NCBI GenBank assembly: GCA_016182645.1
Contig: JACPGD010000517.1
Coordinates: forward strand, 1 to 29,736
Source of the DNA: Candidatus Hydrogenedentota bacterium
GTDB taxonomy: Bacteria > Hydrogenedentota > Hydrogenedentia > Hydrogenedentales > JACPGD01
Length of the DNA: 29,736 nucleotides
Direction: 5' to 3'
Each line of letters begins with the position of its first letter. The stretch's first letter is position 1. The notes under the pieces were generated by a model. The model was given only the letters and a program-made list of their open reading frames with translations. It searched no databases and had not been told where the DNA came from. Positions 24,750-29,736 of the stretch are shown here, one piece after another. The position numbers were made by a program, and so were the translations under genes.

Positions 24750-25076
24750 ATGGAAATGATTCGCATCGCTAAGACGTCCGACTTCGCCACCCAGCCCCTC
24801 CGCACCTATCGTATTCTCGGCCGGAGCGTCGGGGTTTTCCGCGAAAGCGGCGGCGGATTCCGCGCCATGGAAATGGCGTGCAAGCACCAAGGGGCCGACC
24901 TCAGCGGCGGCCGCCTGAAAGACAACATCATTACCTGCCCCTGGCACGGCTGGAAATACGACTTGAGCACCGGCGAGTGCACCTGGGGCGCCCCGGTTCA
25001 TCTCCGTCCGTACGCCTGCGAAGTCCGCGGCGAGGACATCTACATCTCCCTGCGTCCCGTGGAAGTCGATGAGTAG
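24750..25076 (+). CDS. small Rieske [2Fe-2S] domain protein (NirD/ferredoxin-subunit-like), 108 aa
   Basis: Rieske ligand boxes C-K-H (MACKHQGADLSGG) and C-P-W-H (ITCPWHGWKYD) with the expected spacing. Confidence 0.85.
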   Translation: MEMIRIAKTSDFATQPLRTYRILGRSVGVFRESGGGFRAMEMACKHQGADLSGGRLKDNIITCPWHGWKYDLSTGECTWGAPVHLRPYACEVRGEDIYISLRPVEVDE

Positions 25077-25110
25077 TCCGGCGCGCGTCGAGCGCCCGAC
25101 TCTCCACGGG

Positions 25111-25875
25111 CTATCCAAACATCTGGAATATCACCAGGTCCAATTCGATAAACAAGTGCGCCAGGAATGGGAGCAGCACATTGCCGCGGCGCATGGCCCA
25201 GCGGGTCAGGAAGATAGAAAAGAGCACCATGCCGATGGCCTCCCATCCAGGCTTCTGCAGGTGGTAGACGCCTTCAAACACGGGGAGAAGGAACCAGCCA
25301 TAGCGCGGCCAGGTCATGGATACGCGATCCAGCAGCACGTATCGGTGCATGAACTCCCACCCCGGAAGCCAGGACACGATCCACGCCAACTGCGCGAATA
25401 AGAAGGCGCTGCGCTGCGCCGCGGGGACATTGCCCAAGTATAGATCGCGGAACTCTGGCATGAATGGAATGAACAGCATGATGAGCATGCCGACCCCGGC
25501 GATCACCAGGAGCATCATTACATCATGTATTTTCCACCGCTTGAAGGACAGCGCACTCCACACCATGTTCGGCAGCGCAAACAGGAAGGGCGCCAGGAAC
25601 CAGGTGAAGAACTTAAACCAGTCAAAATTGCGCATCGCGCCTTCGTAGAGGAAACTGAAGGCGCCTTTGGGCAGGCCCAAGCCTTGCAGGAACTGACGCG
25701 CCTCACGCGGTCCCCAGTCGAATTGCGACCAGTCCGTCCCCCAGCGTACGTGGAGCGTTGCCAGCGCGTCCACGGTCAGTACGGCGGCCACGTACAAGAC
25801 AACCAGCCACGTCAGCCAGCGGCTAGTGCGCATGCGCTCGCGCAGGCGTATCTGGACGGCAAGATCATCGGGCAA
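25111..25875 (-). CDS. polytopic integral membrane protein, function unknown (~254 aa)
   Basis: Multiple hydrophobic helices rich in Trp/Phe (WLTWLVVLYVAAVL, FFTWFLAPFLFALP, LLVIAGVGMLIMLFIPF, LFAQLAWIVSWLPGW). M1 overlaps the nth stop by 11 nt; an alternative start is at M15. Confidence 0.6.
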   Translation of the reverse strand: MPDDLAVQIRLRERMRTSRWLTWLVVLYVAAVLTVDALATLHVRWGTDWSQFDWGPREARQFLQGLGLPKGAFSFLYEGAMRNFDWFKFFTWFLAPFLFALPNMVWSALSFKRWKIHDVMMLLVIAGVGMLIMLFIPFMPEFRDLYLGNVPAAQRSAFLFAQLAWIVSWLPGWEFMHRYVLLDRVSMTWPRYGWFLLPVFEGVYHLQKPGWEAIGMVLFSIFLTRWAMRRGNVLLPFLAHLFIELDLVIFQMFG

Positions 25876-26542
25876 CTTTTTTCCCCTCGGCGGAGTGGGG
25901 GAACGGACACAGGTCGTTGACGGGACATTGCGAGCATTTGGGACCGCGGGCTACACAGATCGCGCGGCCATGGAACACCATCAGATGTGAGAACTGCGTC
26001 CAGAGCTTCTCCGGCCAGACTTTCATGAGGTCCTGCTCGATCTTCACGGCGTCCGGCTGGCGCGTAAACCCGAGCCGGTTGGAAACGCGCGTGCAGTGCG
26101 TATCCACGATAACTGCCGGCACACCAAAGCACTCGCCCAGCACCACGTTTGCTGTCTTGCGGCCCACGCCCGGCAGCGCCACCAATTCTTCCATCGTCCC
26201 CGGCACCCGGCCCTCGTGTTTCTCGACCAACTGGCGGCACGCGCCCACAATACTCTTTGCTTTCGCGCGAAAAAATCCGCACGGTTTGATGTCGCTCTCC
26301 AATTCCGAGAGCGGGACCGTCAGGAAATCCGCCGGTTTCCGGTATTTCTTGAACAGGTCCTTCGCCACGATATTCACGCGCGCGTCGGTCGATTGCGCGG
26401 CGAGTATGGTCATAATCAAGAGTGTGAACGCATCCTTGTAGTCCAGGGTGCAGTGCGCATTCGGATAATACGCCGCGAGCCGTGCATAGACCTCCTTCGC
26501 CCGTTCTTGCGCCGCAGCGCGCCCCCGTTTCACTTGCGCCAT
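25865..26542 (-). CDS. nth: endonuclease III (DNA glycosylase/AP lyase)
   Basis: HhH-GPD motif LVALPGVGRKTANVVL, the catalytic Lys/Asp context, and the C-terminal 4Fe-4S cluster loop C-x6-C-x2-C-x5-C (CVARGPKCSQCPVNDLC). The start MAQVKRGRAAAQERAKEVYARL aligns with E. coli Nth residue 1. Confidence 0.9.
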   Translation of the reverse strand: MAQVKRGRAAAQERAKEVYARLAAYYPNAHCTLDYKDAFTLLIMTILAAQSTDARVNIVAKDLFKKYRKPADFLTVPLSELESDIKPCGFFRAKAKSIVGACRQLVEKHEGRVPGTMEELVALPGVGRKTANVVLGECFGVPAVIVDTHCTRVSNRLGFTRQPDAVKIEQDLMKVWPEKLWTQFSHLMVFHGRAICVARGPKCSQCPVNDLCPFPHSAEGKKVAR

Positions 26543-28254
26543 GCGAGCAATTCCTTCGTGCTCAGCGTGTTCAGCACGTCTTTTGCCTCCAGCCATCCCT
26601 TGCGCGCCATGCTGACGCCGTAGCGCACATTGTCCAGCCCGTTCACGCTGTGCGCGTCCGGGCCAATCGAGAACATGACGCCTTTCTCGCGCCCGCGGAT
26701 CACCTGCCGCCAATCCAGATCGAGCCTGCGGCAGTCTGCGTTGATTTCGATGGCCACCTGGTTCGCCAGGCAGGCGTCAAAGACCTTGTTCATGTCCAAC
26801 GTCAACCCCGCGCGCGCCAGCAGCAGCCGCCCCGTGGCATGGCCCAGAATCGTGATGTAGGGGTTTTCGATGGCCCGCACCACGCGCGCCGTCGCTTCTT
26901 TCTCCGGCATGTCCAGCTTGTTGTGCACAGAGGCAACGATCACATCGAAAGTTTTCAGCACGTCCTCATCGTAGTCGAGGTCCCCATTGATGCGGATGTC
27001 CGACTCGATCCCCTTGAGAATGCGGAAGCCGCGCGCTTTCTTATTCAAGCGGTCGATTTCTTCGTGCTGCTTCCGGACACGCTCCGGCCGCAGCCCGCCG
27101 GCATAGGCGGCCGTCTGGCTGTGGTCCGTGATCACGAGGTATTCATAGCCAAGCTTCCGCGCCGCCAGGGCCATCTTTTCCAGCGTGTCCTTTCCGTCGC
27201 TGTACGTGCTGTGGCAGTGGATCAGCCCGCGCAAGTCGGACAACTCCACCAGTTTTGGCAGCCGTTCCGCCTGGCACTCGCCGTAATCTTCCCGCAACTC
27301 CGGGGGGATGCAGGGTAGTCCCAGTTCCTTGTAGATGTCCGTCTCGAACCCGCAGGCCAGGCTCTGGTCGTGCTCATCAAACAGCCCATATTCGTTCAGC
27401 TTCAGCCCGCGCTCCCGCGCGCGCTGGCGGAGCGCCACGTTGTGGTCCTTGCTCCCCGTGAAATGCAAGAGCGCAAACGGAAACTGCACCTGGTCCACCA
27501 CGCGCAGGTCCGCCGCAATCCCGCTGTCCAGCACCACGCTCGCCTTTGTCTCGCCTTGCCCGGTCACCTGCTTCACGTCCGGCGCGCTCACGAACCACTT
27601 CATCACCTCGGCGGGCCGTTCGCTCGAGGCCACCAGGTCCACGTCCTTGATCACTTCCTTCCCGCGCCGGACACTCCCGGCAATCTCGACGCTCGTGACC
27701 GCCTCGCATTCGCGCAGGTGATGCAGCAGTTCCTCGGCGGCGTATTCTGCCTTATTCAGCAGGTGTTGGCCGGTGTGCTCCCGCGCAAAGCCAATCCCTT
27801 CCAGGATCTTGTCCTGGAGTTTCTCGCTGAACCCCTTGAGCGACAATAACTGCCCGCTCTGACAGGCCTCCTCGAGCTTCGCCAGCGAATCGATCCCCAG
27901 TTCCTCATACACCTGCTTGATGCGTTTCGGCCCGAGACTCGGAATGCCGAACAATTCGTACAGCGAGACCGGAAACTTCGCCCGCAATTCCTCGAGGAAC
28001 CCCAGTTTCCCGGTGGTGACCAACTCCTCGATCTTCTGTTCCAGCGCCTCGCCAACCCCCTTCAGCTCGCGCAACCGCTTCTCGCGCACCATATCCTCGA
28101 TATCGGCGTCGAGTTGCTCGATCACCCGGGCGCCATTGGTGTACGAGCGCACCTTGAACGGGTTCTCCCCGCACAATTCCATCAGCAGTGCGATCTCATT
28201 CAGGGCGGCAGCCACTTCTTTCTTGTTCACCGCGGTCCTTTCAGGGGATGCCAT
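26530..28254 (-). CDS. polX: family X DNA polymerase (Pol beta-like) with C-terminal PHP phosphoesterase domain
   Basis: N-terminal HhH region (NKKEVAAALNEIALLMELCGENPFKVRSY) and the Pol X nucleotidyltransferase motif (GSVRRGKEVIKDVDLV). The C-terminus has PHP His/Asp motifs (IHCHSTYSDG, ITDHS, SVHNKL, GHATGR). Confidence 0.9.
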   Translation of the reverse strand: MASPERTAVNKKEVAAALNEIALLMELCGENPFKVRSYTNGARVIEQLDADIEDMVREKRLRELKGVGEALEQKIEELVTTGKLGFLEELRAKFPVSLYELFGIPSLGPKRIKQVYEELGIDSLAKLEEACQSGQLLSLKGFSEKLQDKILEGIGFAREHTGQHLLNKAEYAAEELLHHLRECEAVTSVEIAGSVRRGKEVIKDVDLVASSERPAEVMKWFVSAPDVKQVTGQGETKASVVLDSGIAADLRVVDQVQFPFALLHFTGSKDHNVALRQRARERGLKLNEYGLFDEHDQSLACGFETDIYKELGLPCIPPELREDYGECQAERLPKLVELSDLRGLIHCHSTYSDGKDTLEKMALAARKLGYEYLVITDHSQTAAYAGGLRPERVRKQHEEIDRLNKKARGFRILKGIESDIRINGDLDYDEDVLKTFDVIVASVHNKLDMPEKEATARVVRAIENPYITILGHATGRLLLARAGLTLDMNKVFDACLANQVAIEINADCRRLDLDWRQVIRGREKGVMFSIGPDAHSVNGLDNVRYGVSMARKGWLEAKDVLNTLSTKELLAWRK

Positions 28255-28431
28255 GGCACGGCTGATTGCCGCGCCGAAGATTCTTGTTGTCCATTATGCC
28301 CCGTCCTCGCCGCGGCATTCACCTCGCTGCCGTCTCATGCTGGTGTGGACGTCAGATTGCCCGTCATCTCACCGAACCTGTACATTGTGGGCGGGGTATC
28401 GTACCGGGTAGTTGCATGAGGTGGGGTAGCA

Positions 28432-29433
28432 GTGGCCAAGATTCAAAAATATCTGATTCTCTTCTTTGCAGTGATCATCCTTGCTGTTCTTGGCGTGGTG
28501 GGGTTCGCCTACCGCATGGGGACGCAATTGAGCGCGCCCGCCAACGTGGCCATCGGCAATCTTCCCAGCGATCTTGCCGGCGAATCTGTGCATATTCCAA
28601 GCACATCCGGATCGCGGCTTGCGGCGTGGGTACTGCCCGGTGAGGCGAAGCGGGGAGTTGTAGTGCTGATGCATGGCGTTCGAGCCAGCCGCCGCAGCAT
28701 GCTGGATCGGGCACGATTTCTATCAACCGCAGGTTTTAGCGTGGTCCTATTTGGGTTCCAAGCCCATGACGAGAGCCCGGGCGAATTCATCAGCTTCGGA
28801 TTTCTCGAGAGCCGCGATGCAATAGCGGCGGTTCAATTCGCACACACGCGTTTTCCCGGTGAGAAGATCGGAGTCATTGGTGTTTCTCTTGGGGGAGCGG
28901 CCGCATTACTTGCGCAACCGCCACTCGATGTGGAGGCGGCCATACTGGAGTCCGTGTATCCCAGCATTGAGGAAGCCATTGCTGACAGGCTACAGATTCG
29001 GCTTGGCGCACCAGGCGCATGGCTGACGCCCCTGTTCATCGCGCAATTGAACCTCCGCCGCGGCATTCCGAGCAGCGAACTTCGGCCCATCGAGCGCGTG
29101 AAAGATCTGCACGCCGCGAAGCTCTTCATTGTTGGCGAAAAAGACAGGCACACAACGCTCGCGGAATCCCGACGCCTGTTTGAAGCGGCCACCGAGCCGA
29201 AGGCGCTCTGGGTGATTTAAGGCGCAGCCCACGAGGACTTCTACGCTCGGCTGAGGGAAGTCTACAAGGAAAGAGTCCAGACATTTCTTGATGCACACTT
29301 AAACAGCGGGCCTATTCTCCAAATGCCCTCGCCACCTGATTCAGGAAGAGCATCGCTTAGAGGAGCAAAAGAACCAGATACGCGGCAGGACACAACAGAC
29401 CCACAGCGTGGGTTGGCAGTACTCAGCCTATGA
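28432..29433 (+). pseudogene. membrane-anchored alpha/beta hydrolase interrupted by an in-frame TAA (29218-29220) between the catalytic Asp and His
   Basis: GTG start with GAGGTGGGG upstream. N-terminal TM. Nucleophile elbow GVSLGGA and acid residue in FIVGEKDRH. The ORF ends ...KALWVI*, but the same frame continues GAAHEDFYARLREVYKERVQTFLDAHL... to TGA 29431-29433, supplying the missing G-x-x-H-x-D catalytic His. Confidence 0.7.
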
Positions 29434-29600
29434 ACCCAAAACTCTCAAACCACGTGGACCAAAGATTGGGGGCTTGACTCGACGATTACTCGTTATCCCG
29501 GAGGTTATGAGTCAATCACGCTGACGGAGGCACGTGAAGCTGTCAGAACGGCCAGAAAAGTACGGACCGTCGTTCGCCGAATGTTCAACAGCAGCGCAAT

Positions 29601-29736
29601 CTAAACTCTGCCGACCTCACCAAGCAGGGTTGCAAGGAAATCCGCCGCCAACTGATACACTCCTGGCGACGTTGATTCGCGCGGGCCGGCCACGTTGAGC
29701 ACGCGCACGCGATTGTCCTTCAGCCACGCGACCACC
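29601..29736 (-). CDS. 3' end of a minus-strand gene running off the window (C-terminal 45 codons), unknown function
   Basis: An open frame enters from the right edge, ...[44 protein letters not shown], with stop TAG at 29601-29603. Too short to assign a family. Confidence 0.3.
   Translation of the reverse strand, partial: VVAWLKDNRVRVLNVAGPRESTSPGVYQLAADFLATLLGEVGRV

Noticed and set aside
22309-27318. Plus-strand ORFs 22309-23133, 23493-24221 and 26482-27318 opposite the pseudopilin, galK and polX genes
   Set aside because: Shadow ORFs. The minus-strand products have unambiguous family signatures.

Overview
This is a high-GC (~63%) bacterial chromosomal window. It has no rRNA, tRNA, CRISPR array, integrase or transposase that I can see. 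Coordinates come from the supplied ORF track, with start codons chosen by hand-indexing, and may be off by 1-3 nt.

About 27 protein-coding genes are supportable:
- A 5'-truncated hypothetical gene (1-823).
- A junkyard interval (839-2823) holding short tandem repeat arrays, the 3' remnant of an ECF sigma-factor gene, a lower-GC islet with a membrane-anchored hypothetical protein, and a 70-bp tandem repeat.
- A minus-strand four-gene operon (2824-7446) in which every junction is a 4-nt ATGA overlap: ABC ATPase, ABC-2 permease and two secreted FG-GAP-type calcium-binding repeat proteins.
- Divergent from that operon, a 1540-aa modular surface protein (7812-12434). It has a BNR/Asp-box propeller, a long Gly-Glu linker, a CSLREA motif with a parallel beta-helix, and a duplicated dockerin-like Cys module.
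- A class I aminotransferase, a REC-GGDEF response regulator with a degenerate GGGHF motif, and a flotillin/NfeD pair.
- A brnT/brnA toxin-antitoxin module in an AT-richer pocket.
- A HEAT-repeat secreted protein.
- A trio of prepilin-type proteins: two canonical pseudopilins plus a 784-aa GspK-like protein lacking Glu+5.
- galK (carrying an in-frame 18-bp x3 repeat insertion), a small Rieske protein, a membrane protein, nth (endonuclease III) and a PolX-PHP polymerase.
- An alpha/beta hydrolase interrupted by an in-frame TAA just before its catalytic His.

The architecture (CSLREA/beta-helix, many secreted beta-propeller proteins, pervasive ATGA coupling, prepilin-like proteins, sparse Shine-Dalgarno use) suggests a Planctomycetota/Verrucomicrobiota-like organism; this is inference only.

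The most novel-looking unit is the divergent locus 2410-12434: an ABC exporter with FG-GAP cargo opposite the giant beta-propeller/beta-helix protein. Its flanking intergenic regions carry inverted copies of a short dispersed repeat (CCGTCAGGTCTCCTCCTC) and heptanucleotide repeat arrays. The pseudopilin trio with the oversized GspK-like protein is the second candidate.
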